A stretch of 64,000 nt of DNA from an uncultured Streptococcus sp. Its GTDB lineage: Bacteria; Bacillota; Bacilli; Lactobacillales; Streptococcaceae. The position numbers and the translations under genes are program-made. Numbering within the stretch: position 1 is the first letter of the stretch; each line of letters opens with the position of its first letter. Shown here piece by piece: positions 45,570 to 55,439 of the stretch. The notes beneath the pieces are model-generated. The model had not been told where the DNA came from, made no database searches, and saw only the letters and a list, made by a program, of their open reading frames with translations. Location: assembly GCA_963517545.1 (NCBI GenBank), contig CAUQGR010000001.1, positions 12,584-76,583 of the forward strand, read 5' to 3'.

Positions 45570-46658
45570 CTATGATTTAATACACTTCACAGTTATTAAA
45601 ACTTCTGCTCCCTTGTCCCTGTTTCTAAGCTCAACTCGGCCTTTGTGCAGTTTTGCAACTCTGCATACAAAACTTAGTCCAATACCATAATGTTGCTCTT
45701 TAACCGATCTAGCTTTATCCATACGATAAAAGAGCTTTCCAAAATTAGTTAAAACTTCCTCTGGAAATTCAGAGCCATTATTCCATATAGCTATTTTTAA
45801 TTCTTTCGCCTCTTGCTCTACTCTAATTTTAATTTTAGGATTCTGTTCATTCGCGTATTCCAAAGCATTTGTTAAAATATTTTGTATGGCACGAATCAGA
45901 AGAGACGGATTTATATAATAGTTTTCAGTTCCTTTCACATTTTGTTCAAAAGAAAACTTCATCTGATTTTTTATCAAAAAAGAGACTTCTTTCTCTAATT
46001 CATTGATAAAATCTGAAGAGGAATACTCCGTCCAACCTGTCTCATCATCATAATAGGTTTTGGAATAGTGAATCAATTGATTGAAGTAATCTAGTAACTG
46101 TTGACTAGCTCTTTCTATATCTGCTAAGCATTCTTGAGATTGGTCACTTTCAGTTATCGCCTGCAAAAATTCCACATTCCCCCTAATAATGGTTAAGGGA
46201 GTCTTTAAATCATGAGAAGCTGCTGAAACCTGAAACATCAAATCTTCTTTCTGCTGTTTCTCATCAACTATTAATTGTCGAATTCTATCTTGCATCACAA
46301 TAATCCGATTTCCTGTCTCACGAAATTCTTTAACCGTTAATCTTTCTGTACATTCCCTCTCTAACCATATACTATTTTCATAAATCAAAGTCATTTCATA
46401 ACTCAGTTTTTTCAACAATTTTCCAATGTGATAACTTATTAGAATAATCAATAAAACACAAATATATATCCATGATGACACATTAAAAAAGATTGATAGA
46501 ACACCACTATTGTTTAGAGGTTTCCCATCTTCATTTATTTGTATAGATACTGAAGCTAAGGGAATAAGATAGGCCATTAGTAAGCCAAGACTAAACTGCC
46601 AAATAATTCTCCAACAGGTTTCTCGAATTAATTGTCTAAAACTTTTGATTCTACCCAT
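45570..46658 (-). CDS. Sensor histidine kinase (intramembrane-sensing type)
   Basis: SHDLKTPLT H-box; NALEY, FYR and GIGL boxes; short loop between two TM helices. Confidence 0.93.
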   Translation of the reverse strand: MGRIKSFRQLIRETCWRIIWQFSLGLLMAYLIPLASVSIQINEDGKPLNNSGVLSIFFNVSSWIYICVLLIILISYHIGKLLKKLSYEMTLIYENSIWLERECTERLTVKEFRETGNRIIVMQDRIRQLIVDEKQQKEDLMFQVSAASHDLKTPLTIIRGNVEFLQAITESDQSQECLADIERASQQLLDYFNQLIHYSKTYYDDETGWTEYSSSDFINELEKEVSFLIKNQMKFSFEQNVKGTENYYINPSLLIRAIQNILTNALEYANEQNPKIKIRVEQEAKELKIAIWNNGSEFPEEVLTNFGKLFYRMDKARSVKEQHYGIGLSFVCRVAKLHKGRVELRNRDKGAEVLITVKCIKS

Positions 46659-47314
46659 TGATATCCTCCACCGTACAAGGTTTTAATTGGATTTAATTGA
46701 TAAGGTTTCAGCTTTTGACGAATTTGATAAATATACTCTGAAACCGAACGTAAAAGCGCTTCTGAACTTTGTGGATATAGATAATTATAAATTTCCTCAA
46801 TAGAATATATTTTACTTGGGTTGCTTGCCAAAAGATTCACTATGTCAAATTCCCTCCTTGTCAGGGCAATCTTATCATCGTTTACAAATAGTTCCTTACT
46901 ATCCGTATATAGTATAAGCTTCCCAATCTTTATTTGATGAACATTTCCTTTAATCCGTTCTTCACGACGTAAGTGCATTTTAACACGTGCTAACAATTCT
47001 TGCATACTAAAGGGCTTCATAATATAATCATCAGCACCTGCATTGATTCCAGCTACCAAATCTTCATCCATATCCTTAGCAGTTATAAAACAGATAGGAA
47101 CAGTTATCTGCTCGCGAATCATCTGACAGATTTCTAAACCACTAACAGGCATCATAATATCTAATAAAATCAAGTCGAATCCTGTAAAATCACAAAGATC
47201 AATCTCTTCTATCTTATTTCGTATGACTACTTCATATTTTTCATATTCTAGTACTTTTTTTATTAGGCGAAGAATAGCAAGATCATCATCTACTACCAAA
47301 ATTTTATAAGCCAT
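46628..47314 (-). CDS. OmpR-family response regulator (NisR/SpaR-like)
   Basis: DDD, LLDIMMP and GADDYIMKPF; YIYQIRQKL. Confidence 0.93.
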   Translation of the reverse strand: MAYKILVVDDDLAILRLIKKVLEYEKYEVVIRNKIEEIDLCDFTGFDLILLDIMMPVSGLEICQMIREQITVPICFITAKDMDEDLVAGINAGADDYIMKPFSMQELLARVKMHLRREERIKGNVHQIKIGKLILYTDSKELFVNDDKIALTRREFDIVNLLASNPSKIYSIEEIYNYLYPQSSEALLRSVSEYIYQIRQKLKPYQLNPIKTLYGGGYQWVESKVLDN

Positions 47315-47375
47315 AACTCACCCTCCTAACTATATTATAACACTAACCGAGAAAAAGACAGGATATCCCCTGTCT

Positions 47376-48104
47376 TTAGCCTACATTTCTTCCTATAAGA
47401 ATTAGTGTAGCACATACAAAAACAATTACTAACCAAACTATTTGTATCCCTAAGCCTTGCCACACTGGATAATAAAGAGACAATGGATAGGTATAAAAAC
47501 AATTCATACTAGCTAGTAATGGTAAATTTCTAAAAAAAGAACTGAATTGTAGTAACATTTGTCCCAAACCCAATAAAAGGGATAAACTGATTCCCAGAAT
47601 TAAGATAAAAGACTGGGAAATAAATACAAAAATACCACTTAAAAGAGCGAAGGTCAGAATAGAAATACAAGCTGGAAATAGGATTGTCAGAATATGTTTA
47701 ATATCGCTCAAAAGATTGATATTATAGTATCCTTGGGCAAGCAGTATACATAATGATAATACAGCGACCAATAGGACAATTTCTATACATAATAGAATAG
47801 CTAGTTTAGATATTATAAATTTCAAACGGTTTGGGCAGGTAAGAAAACTGGTACGAAGGCTTGAACCTGTAAATTCTTGACCTATAAATAGGACCGCTAG
47901 ACTAATAAAGCCTGCCTGTCCTAAATAAAGACTTTGCAGTAGCTGTTCCAAAACAAACTGTAGAGTCAACTGGTCTGGCTTACTATTTAAAAAAACAACC
48001 ATCGCCGGAACACACAGTAATAGAGCACCTATAATCAACCAGTGCCAAGGATTCATCATAAACTTGAGATACTCACTTTTAAGTTGTTCTTTCAACTTAT
48101 TCAC
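47376..48104 (-). CDS. ABC-2 type permease (lantibiotic-immunity-like)
   Basis: SEYLK N-terminus; GQEF...LRT motif; six hydrophobic segments. Confidence 0.75.
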   Translation of the reverse strand: MNKLKEQLKSEYLKFMMNPWHWLIIGALLLCVPAMVVFLNSKPDQLTLQFVLEQLLQSLYLGQAGFISLAVLFIGQEFTGSSLRTSFLTCPNRLKFIISKLAILLCIEIVLLVAVLSLCILLAQGYYNINLLSDIKHILTILFPACISILTFALLSGIFVFISQSFILILGISLSLLLGLGQMLLQFSSFFRNLPLLASMNCFYTYPLSLYYPVWQGLGIQIVWLVIVFVCATLILIGRNVG

Positions 48105-48882
48105 CTCCTCCGATATCTGACTTAAGTAAGCGGTAGATTGCTAAAGCCAAGAATGAGAAGTTCCAACAAAGTAAAAATAAAATATGTTGTAAACTATTCT
48201 GTTCTAAAATTTGAGGAGATGTAGCAATCAATCCTTGCCCCAATGCAACTGGAAGAAATTTTGCAATCGATATATAGTTTGCTAAGAATGTTCCTAAATT
48301 GTAGACTTGAGGAAGCAAAAATAATAGAGGAACAATGGCTGTTTTAAATGTCAAAGCCATAATATAGGCCAGCAGTCCCAACAAAGTCCAAGCTATACTG
48401 GCTAAAAATATATAGAACCAAACTCTCCCATTTAGTGAAAAAAGCAATAAGCCATCTTGTCCTAAAACATAATGTGTCATGTTAATCGTAAGGAATATTG
48501 ATAGAAAGGAAATGATAAAAGAAAATATAAGCCAAACTAATGTTTTTGAAACTAGGAAAGTGCTTTGATTTGTAATAGAGAGGAGGCTTGTACGAATAGC
48601 AGAGCCTTTGTACTCCTCGGCTCCGTAAATTGAGCCTAGGATAATCATAATAAAAACACCAAATAAAGTGACATCAAAACCTAAAAATTCAATAGGAGGT
48701 ATAGCTTCTGCTAATTCTGGATTTGTCTCTGGTGTAGCATGGATACCAACTGAAACAATTTGAGAAGCACCAATATTTGCTAAAAACGTTTGAAATACCA
48801 GTATAAAGAATAGTACGACATGAGTAGCTCTCCTATAAAGCAATTTCAATATTTCAGAATGAAGAGAGTAAATAAGCGCCAT
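48097..48882 (-). CDS. ABC-2 type permease (lantibiotic-immunity-like)
   Basis: SEILK N-terminus; EEY...IRT motif; multiple TM segments. Confidence 0.75.
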   Translation of the reverse strand: MALIYSLHSEILKLLYRRATHVVLFFILVFQTFLANIGASQIVSVGIHATPETNPELAEAIPPIEFLGFDVTLFGVFIMIILGSIYGAEEYKGSAIRTSLLSITNQSTFLVSKTLVWLIFSFIISFLSIFLTINMTHYVLGQDGLLLFSLNGRVWFYIFLASIAWTLLGLLAYIMALTFKTAIVPLLFLLPQVYNLGTFLANYISIAKFLPVALGQGLIATSPQILEQNSLQHILFLLCWNFSFLALAIYRLLKSDIGGGE

Positions 48883-48883
48883 G

Positions 48884-49594
48884 TCACTTCCCTCCCTCTG
48901 TTAAACTAAAGAAGACTTCCTCTAGTGAAGAAAGATTTTTCATCACTTCTTGTAAAGTCCCTTTTATAAGAACTTTGCCTTTATTTATGATAACCACATC
49001 ATCTGTTACTGCTTCCACTTCCGATAATATATGAGATGATAGCAAGACTGTCTTCCCTTCTTGAGCTTGTTTTTTTATAAACTCTCTAAACCACCGAATT
49101 CCTCTTGGATCCAACCCATTAGTCGGTTCATCCAATATCAGATATTGAGGATTTCCTAATAGAGCTGTTGCAATTCCTAATCGTTGTCCTTCTCCTAATG
49201 ATAATTTCCAAATTTTAGATTTTTTCTTATGGCTAATATCCACCATATCCAAGACTTGCTCAATTCGCTGACTGGATATCCCATTACTAGCAGCAACAAT
49301 TTTCAAATGTTGATAAACAGTCCGATCATCAGGAGCACCTACACTGTCAAATGAAGCTCCTACAGTCTTTAGAGGAAATTTTAATTCCTTATAAGTTTGA
49401 TCTCCAATTTTGGTAAGACCAGATGTTGCTTTGTCTAATCCTAATAAAATACGTAAGGTTGAACTTTTACCAGCTCCATTTGGACCCAGGAAAGCAGTCA
49501 CTCTACCTGCTTTTGCTTCAAAAGAAATATCTTTTAAAATTTGAGTTTGGCCATACGACTTACATAAGTTTTTAATGGTAATACTTTGTTCCAT
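48884..49594 (-). CDS. ABC ATPase (BcrA/LanF-like)
   Basis: GPNGAGKS, LSLG, DEPTNGLDP and SSHILSE. Confidence 0.88.
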   Translation of the reverse strand: MEQSITIKNLCKSYGQTQILKDISFEAKAGRVTAFLGPNGAGKSSTLRILLGLDKATSGLTKIGDQTYKELKFPLKTVGASFDSVGAPDDRTVYQHLKIVAASNGISSQRIEQVLDMVDISHKKKSKIWKLSLGEGQRLGIATALLGNPQYLILDEPTNGLDPRGIRWFREFIKKQAQEGKTVLLSSHILSEVEAVTDDVVIINKGKVLIKGTLQEVMKNLSSLEEVFFSLTEGGK

Positions 49595-49635
49595 GATGTT
49601 CTCCTATTCTATTTAATATTTCCAAAAGTAACTTT

Positions 49636-49668
49636 ATCTTACACATTCATTTTCGGATTTTTTTCAGA
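49636..49668 (-). promoter_or_regulatory. Response-regulator-dependent promoter with nis-box-like repeat
   Basis: TCTGA-N6-TCCGA centred at -37 and -26 relative to the TAAGAT -10; no canonical -35. Confidence 0.65.
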
Positions 49669-49690
49669 ATTTCAAAAATCAAAAAATATT

Positions 49691-49843
49691 TAATACTCAA
49701 TGAAAATCAAAGAGCAAACTAGGAAGTTAGCCGCGGGCTGCTCAAAACACTGTTTTGAGGTTGTAGATAAGACTGACGAAATCAGTCACATATATACAAC
49801 AAAGCGACGCTGACGTGGTTTGAAGAGATTTTCGAAGAGTATA
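49691..49843 (+). repeat. BOX element (boxA-boxB-boxC)
   Basis: Typical boxA, one boxB (GCTCAAAACACTGTTTTGAGG) and boxC. Confidence 0.93.
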
Positions 49844-49919
49844 AAATTTTGTTTTATTTAATTATATATATTTGTGTAAACTTAAAAGCCCGATGTTTCC
49901 ATCAGGCTTCTTTATTATA

Positions 49920-50714
49920 TTATCCATGTACACGTTTCATATAGTCTTGATAACTTTCGGTATCCATGAGTTTTTTAGCGTTTTTCACGCGATCTGCTGT
50001 TGGTGGTTTGACCCCTTCGAGGGAATAAGGAATTCCCAATTCACGCCATTTGAACTCACCCATAGTGTGATAAGGTAGAATTTCAAACTTATCAACATTT
50101 TTGAGGGTCTTGACGAACTTACCAAGTTCAATCAAGTCATCATCTCTGTCTGTCAAACCTGGAACTAGCACGTGGCGAATCCAGACAGGTTTTCCAATAT
50201 CTGATAGATACTGGGCACAGGCCAAGATGTTTTTATTGGTTTGGCTAGTAACAATCTTGTGCTGTTCTTCGTTGATTTCCTTGATATCCAAGAGAACCAA
50301 GTCAGTGACAGCCATGAGTTTGTCAAACTTTTCAAGGTAACGTGGTTTATTACGGAAAGGAAGGGCACAGGTGTCCAAGGTACAGTGGATTCCTTTTTCC
50401 TTGGCCTTGGTAAAGAGGGCAATCAGGAAATCAATCTGCAAGAGGGCTTCTCCTCCACTGACTGTAATTCCACCCTTATTCCCCCAGAAACCGCGGTAGC
50501 GCAAGGCCTCTGCCAAGACATCATCTACTGTCCGTTCACGTGATTTATTGGACTCCATAGCCCAAGTATCCGGGTTATGGCAATACTGGCAACGCATGTG
50601 ACAGCCCTGCAAAAAGACAATAAAGCGAATACCAGGACCATCTACCGCCCCAAAGCTTTCTGTCGAATGCACCATTCCTGTCACTTGTCCATAATCAATT
50701 GTTTCTTCAGACAT
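49920..50714 (-). CDS. pflA: Pyruvate formate-lyase activating enzyme
   Basis: VDGPG and CxxxCxxC radical SAM motif. Confidence 0.97.
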   Translation of the reverse strand: MSEETIDYGQVTGMVHSTESFGAVDGPGIRFIVFLQGCHMRCQYCHNPDTWAMESNKSRERTVDDVLAEALRYRGFWGNKGGITVSGGEALLQIDFLIALFTKAKEKGIHCTLDTCALPFRNKPRYLEKFDKLMAVTDLVLLDIKEINEEQHKIVTSQTNKNILACAQYLSDIGKPVWIRHVLVPGLTDRDDDLIELGKFVKTLKNVDKFEILPYHTMGEFKWRELGIPYSLEGVKPPTADRVKNAKKLMDTESYQDYMKRVHG

Positions 50715-50728
50715 ATCGTTACCTTCCT

Positions 50729-50742
50729 TGAAAACGTTTTAT
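50729..50742. promoter_or_regulatory. Possible cre (CcpA) site upstream of pflA
   Basis: TGAAAACGTTTTAT. Confidence 0.45.
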
Positions 50743-50839
50743 AGTTTTATTATATCACGACTTGAAGGAAAAACAAGATTTTTGCCTATTTTTTAGAAAG
50801 CAATCTGTTTTTCAATTTCATTTTCAATTAATTATCATT

Positions 50840-52090
50840 TTATTCTTCAAAATCAAAGCCATACAAGGTTGCAAAATAGTCCTCAGGGCGCTCTGCACGG
50901 CGGATTTGGCGAGCTTTACCTTCTTCGGTATAGAGGATTTCCGCAGAACGAAGTTTGGCATTGTACTGATAGCCCATTGAAAAACCGTGGGCACCTGTAT
51001 CATGAATTACCAGCAAATCACCTATTTCTGTATGAGGCAGTTCGCGATTCACTGCAAATTTATCATTGTTTTCGCAGAGAGAACCGACCACGTCTACTAC
51101 CTCAGATGCTCCTTCTGGACGAGTTATGTTGGTAATATGGTGGTAGGCTCCGTACATGGCTGGACGCATGAGGTTGACTGCTGAGGCATCCACGCCTAGA
51201 TAGGTACGGTAGGTTTTTTTCTTATGGGTGACTCTTGTGACGAGAGCTCCGTGAGGGGCCAACATAAAGCGACCCAATTCGGTGAAAATCTTAACCTTAC
51301 CAAGACCTGCTGGCGTAAGAAGCTCTTCATACACCTTACGAACTCCCTCACCAATCAAGGCAATATCATTCGACTCCTGGTCTGGACGATAGTTGACACC
51401 AATACCACCAGAAAGATTGATAAAGTCTAGCGAAATACCCAACTTTTCCTTGATTTCAACAGCCAATTCAAAGAGCTGACGGGCCAACTCTGGATAATAG
51501 AGATGGGTCACTGTATTGGATGCTAGGAAAGAATGAATTCCAAAGGTCTTAGCTCCTTTTTCCTTCAAAATCACAAAGGCTTCAAAAAGCTGGTCCTTAG
51601 TCATTCCAAACTTGGCTTCTCCAGGATTGTCCATAATGTCTGTCCCCAGTTCAAAAACACCACCAGGATTGTAACGACAAGAGATAATTTCTGGAATGCC
51701 TGCCGCTCGCTCCAGATGTTCAATGTCTTCAAAAGCATCTAAGTTAATAGTCGCACCTAATTCACGTGCATAGGCATATTCCTTGTCTGGCGTGTTGTTT
51801 GAAGAGAACATAATCTCAGAACCCGGAAAGTCCAGTTTGTGACTCATCAAAAGTTCTACATAACTAGAGCAGTCCACACCGCAGCCTTCCTCTTGAAGGA
51901 TTTTCAAGATAGCTGGTGTTGGAGTTGCCTTAACTGCAAAATATTCCTTAAAGCCCTTGTTCCACGAAAAGGCTTGGTTGACAGCTCTTGCCTTTTCACG
52001 AATTCCCTTCTCATCATACAAGTGAAAGGGAGTCGGGAACTCGGCAACAATCGCTTCTAAGTCTTCTTTATTAATAAATGGTGTTTTCAT
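50840..52090 (-). CDS. lysA: Diaminopimelate decarboxylase
   Basis: FAVKA PLP lysine; GSLCENND. Confidence 0.93.
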   Translation of the reverse strand: MKTPFINKEDLEAIVAEFPTPFHLYDEKGIREKARAVNQAFSWNKGFKEYFAVKATPTPAILKILQEEGCGVDCSSYVELLMSHKLDFPGSEIMFSSNNTPDKEYAYARELGATINLDAFEDIEHLERAAGIPEIISCRYNPGGVFELGTDIMDNPGEAKFGMTKDQLFEAFVILKEKGAKTFGIHSFLASNTVTHLYYPELARQLFELAVEIKEKLGISLDFINLSGGIGVNYRPDQESNDIALIGEGVRKVYEELLTPAGLGKVKIFTELGRFMLAPHGALVTRVTHKKKTYRTYLGVDASAVNLMRPAMYGAYHHITNITRPEGASEVVDVVGSLCENNDKFAVNRELPHTEIGDLLVIHDTGAHGFSMGYQYNAKLRSAEILYTEEGKARQIRRAERPEDYFATLYGFDFEE

Positions 52091-52156
52091 AAGTTTCCTT
52101 CTATTCTATTTGCAAAGAAAGGCTGGGACAATCGTTCCAACCTTTAGTTCTATCTC

Positions 52157-52984
52157 TTATTTATCTTCGTCAAAGATATTGCCAACCTCAACATCGATGG
52201 CTTGGTTCTTGACATCAATATTGGTTACCTTCAAGAGTGACTTGTAGTCAAACTGCTTTTCGCGTTCTTCTTGAGCATTGTCCGCAAAGACCGCTACACC
52301 TGCCAATTCTGAATCAAACTCACGCAAGAGACTGATCATCCCGTTGACAGTTCCGCCGCCTTTCAAGAAGTCATCCACAATCAAGACACGGCTGCCTGCC
52401 TTGAGACTACGTTTTGAAAGGAACATTTTCTCAATACGGTCACCACTTGAACCTGATACATAGTTGACGCTGACAGTTGAACCTTCGGTAATTTTCAAGT
52501 CACGGCGCACAATAACAAAAGGAACATTGAGGACATTGGCAACTGCATTTGCAAGTGGAACACCCTTGGTCGCTACGGTCATAACGGCATCAATTTTTTG
52601 GTCCATAAAGCTCTTGGCAATAATGCGACCAATATTTTTCAAGATAGCTGGTGTGCTAAGCAAATCAGACAGGTAGATATAGCCACCTGGCAAGATACGG
52701 TCACTTTCTGACAACTTGGCACGCAAGTCCTCAACCATTTCCTTGGCATCATGGCTTGAGATTGATGGTGTAAAAATGACACCACCACCAGCACCAGTTA
52801 CTGTCTGGATATGACCGATTTCAATTTCCTCAAAGGCTCGTTTGATAATCACGATATCCTCTGATATGGATGATTTAGCAGATTCATACTTTTCAGCAAA
52901 AGTATTGAGACTAGTTAGTTTATAAGGATTATTAATCAAATAGTTGGAAATGACAACCATCCGATCACTTCTTCTTAATTTCAT
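52157..52984 (-). CDS. purR: Pur operon regulator PurR
   Basis: AKSSISED HTH; PRT motif VDDFLKGGGT. Confidence 0.97.
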   Translation of the reverse strand: MKLRRSDRMVVISNYLINNPYKLTSLNTFAEKYESAKSSISEDIVIIKRAFEEIEIGHIQTVTGAGGGVIFTPSISSHDAKEMVEDLRAKLSESDRILPGGYIYLSDLLSTPAILKNIGRIIAKSFMDQKIDAVMTVATKGVPLANAVANVLNVPFVIVRRDLKITEGSTVSVNYVSGSSGDRIEKMFLSKRSLKAGSRVLIVDDFLKGGGTVNGMISLLREFDSELAGVAVFADNAQEEREKQFDYKSLLKVTNIDVKNQAIDVEVGNIFDEDK

Positions 52985-53004
52985 TTCTATTTCCTATTCC
53001 ATTT

Positions 53005-53166
53005 TTATTCAAAAAATCAAAAAGCAAACTAGAAAGCTGGTCGTTGGTGGTTCAAAACACTGTTTTGAGATTGTCGATAGAACTGACAAGGTCTGTAATA
53101 TAACTACATATATACATACGACAAGGCGATGCTACCCTAGTTTGAAGAGATTTTAGAAGAGTATTC
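53005..53166 (+). repeat. Degenerate BOX element (ABC) in the purR leader
   Basis: AAATCAAAAAGCAAACTAG...TCAAAACACTGTTTTGAG...GAAGAGATTTTAGAAGAGTAT. Confidence 0.8.
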
Positions 53167-53183
53167 ATTTTTGTCTTTTACTT

Positions 53184-53240
53184 ATTATACCATATTCACA
53201 TAAAAAAACGAACATTCTTATCCTAAAAAATGCTCATTTT
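53184..53240 (-). promoter_or_regulatory. purR promoter (extended -10) with PurBox-like sites
   Basis: TGGTATAAT; AAAACGAACATT at 53205-53216 and inverted AATGCTCATTTT at 53229-53240. Confidence 0.55.
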
Positions 53241-53250
53241 TCTTAAATTA

Positions 53251-54192
53251 TTAATCTAAATCTGGTTTATAGAAGGAACGATTGTCCATAGCGAAGATTT
53301 TATTGGTCATCTCTCCTTTATCCACCAAAGCCAGAGCTGTTGACATCATCATCATGCTAGCATCCAGATTATCAATCATATGGATAATCTCTGCCTCCAT
53401 GATACGTGGGCGAACCGGACTTCCATACTCTAGTAAGCCATGGTGGCTGAGGATGACGTGGCGGAGCAAAACGACTTCTTCCTTAGTATCATCGATGCCG
53501 AGTTCCATGACTGTCTTGGTAATTTCACTATCAATCAGAGCGATATGTCCAAGGAGATTGCCTCGCACTGTGTACTCAGTCTGGTCTGGTCCCGTCAACT
53601 CAATGACTTTGGCCAAGTCATGCAACATAATCCCCGCATAGAGCAGACTCTTATTAAGTTGAGGATAAATCTCGCTAATGGCATCTGCCAAACGCACCAT
53701 GGTCGCCGTATGATAGGCCAAGCCCGTTTCAAAGGCATGGTGGTTGGTCTTAGCTGCTGGATAAGAGTAAAATTCCTTATCATACTTGGTGTAAAGTTTT
53801 CGGACAATCCGTTGCCAAACAGGATTTTCAATTTTAAAAATCATTTGCGCCATATAGTCACGGATTTCCTTGACATCAACTGGCGACTTGACCTTAAAAT
53901 CAGCTGGATCACTGGGTTCACCAGGCTGAGACAGGCGAAGGGTAATTTGATTGACTTGAGGAGTGTTATTATAAACTTCTCGGCGCCCTTTCATGTGGAC
54001 AACCTTACCTGCGGTAAAGGCCTCAATGTTATGAGGTTGGGCATCCCAGAGCTTCCCATCAATCTCACCACTATCATCTTGGAAGGTAAAGGCTAGGTAA
54101 TTTTTCCCAGCTCGAGTTTGCCTCAGGTCAGCTGATTTGATTAGGTAAAAGCCTTCAAACAGCTCATCTTTTTTCATGTGACTAATCTTCAT
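53251..54192 (-). CDS. yhaM: 3'-5' exoribonuclease YhaM (Cbf1)
   Basis: OB fold plus HD domain (HHAF, LHDLAK, SHHG). Confidence 0.93.
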   Translation of the reverse strand: MKISHMKKDELFEGFYLIKSADLRQTRAGKNYLAFTFQDDSGEIDGKLWDAQPHNIEAFTAGKVVHMKGRREVYNNTPQVNQITLRLSQPGEPSDPADFKVKSPVDVKEIRDYMAQMIFKIENPVWQRIVRKLYTKYDKEFYSYPAAKTNHHAFETGLAYHTATMVRLADAISEIYPQLNKSLLYAGIMLHDLAKVIELTGPDQTEYTVRGNLLGHIALIDSEITKTVMELGIDDTKEEVVLLRHVILSHHGLLEYGSPVRPRIMEAEIIHMIDNLDASMMMMSTALALVDKGEMTNKIFAMDNRSFYKPDLD

Positions 54193-55438
54193 ATTCTTCC
54201 TCATTTTCTTGGAAATGGAGTAGATCAAGCGCAGGCTCACCTTCTGATAACTCAATGTGACGGAGCGTCCGCTCGATAGCTGTAGTGCGACGGTTTAATA
54301 GTTCATCAATATTGCCAGAGGCATGTTGGAGGTGTTTTTGTGCCTTGACCAGAATGCCACCAAACTTGCCAAACTCGGTCTTAACACTAGCAAGGGTCTT
54401 GCTGATATGGTCGGCACTCTTTTGGATATTAAGGGTTTTGAAGCCAACTGATAGGGAGTTAAGAAGAGCTGATAGGGTACTTGGACCTGCGACAATAATC
54501 TGCTCTTCCCGTCTCAAGTCATCAAAGAAGACCGGATTGCGGACGATTTCTGAGTAAAGTCCCTCTGTCGGAACAAACAAGACTCCAAAATTGGTTGTCC
54601 GAGGTGGGGCTATATACTTGTTCCTGATATCCTTAGCAAAGCGCTTGACGCTGGCTAGGAGTGACTTGCGACAACGTTCGATTTCGTCCTTGTCACCCAC
54701 TTCATAGGCTTCTTCCAAGCGGTAATAATCCGCCAGTGGAAACTTGGAGTCAATCGGCAGGTAGACATATTCCTGGTCACCTTGCCCAGGTAACTTGATG
54801 GCGTACTCCACTCTTTCACTGGAGTTTTCAACCGTTGCAAATTCTCGTTCATACTGGGCAGGGGTCATGATGTCTTCGATGATTTGCCCCAGTTGCAATT
54901 CACCCAGAATTCCTCGCGTCTTGGTCCCAGAGAGAACCTTATTGAGGGCGCAAACATCGCGGGCAACTGTCTGCATTTCTCCCAGACCACGATTGACCGA
55001 CTCCAGTTGTTTGGAAACTGTCTCAAAGGAAGCCTGCAAACGCGTCTGCAAGGTCTTTTCCAACTTTTCCTCAACTGTCTGGCGCATTTGTTCCAAACGT
55101 TGCTCATTTGATTCCTGCAAGGCTTGGAGACGTTGGTCAGTCTTATCCCTGGTTTGGAGGAGATTATCTGTCATTTCTTGACGGACTTGCGTCAGACCTT
55201 GGTGCAATTCCATTCGCACCTCTTGCAAACGGTCACTGACAACCACTTCCAAATCTTTTTGATCTAGCTGACTGGCTTGTCTGGCTTGTTCAAAACGGTA
55301 ATCCAACTGGTCTGACAAATGATCTGCCTGATCCTCCAAGCTCTTGCTTAAGTGTTTCTCCTGCTTATCCTGTCTTTGCCAAATCAGAAAGATACCAGCT
55401 AGGTTGGCAACTAATAATAGAACAAGTAAACTTTCCAT
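54182..55438 (-). CDS. rmuC: DNA recombination protein RmuC
   Basis: Coiled coil; RGILGELQL and IDSKFP. Confidence 0.92.
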   Translation of the reverse strand: MESLLVLLLVANLAGIFLIWQRQDKQEKHLSKSLEDQADHLSDQLDYRFEQARQASQLDQKDLEVVVSDRLQEVRMELHQGLTQVRQEMTDNLLQTRDKTDQRLQALQESNEQRLEQMRQTVEEKLEKTLQTRLQASFETVSKQLESVNRGLGEMQTVARDVCALNKVLSGTKTRGILGELQLGQIIEDIMTPAQYEREFATVENSSERVEYAIKLPGQGDQEYVYLPIDSKFPLADYYRLEEAYEVGDKDEIERCRKSLLASVKRFAKDIRNKYIAPPRTTNFGVLFVPTEGLYSEIVRNPVFFDDLRREEQIIVAGPSTLSALLNSLSVGFKTLNIQKSADHISKTLASVKTEFGKFGGILVKAQKHLQHASGNIDELLNRRTTAIERTLRHIELSEGEPALDLLHFQENEEEYED

Positions 55439-55439
55439 C

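Noticed and set aside
48591..48598. ComX box TACGAATA
   Set aside because: Inside a permease gene on the antisense strand; no T-rich tract or downstream gene.
53440..54096. 218-aa plus-strand ORF
   Set aside because: Antisense shadow of yhaM.
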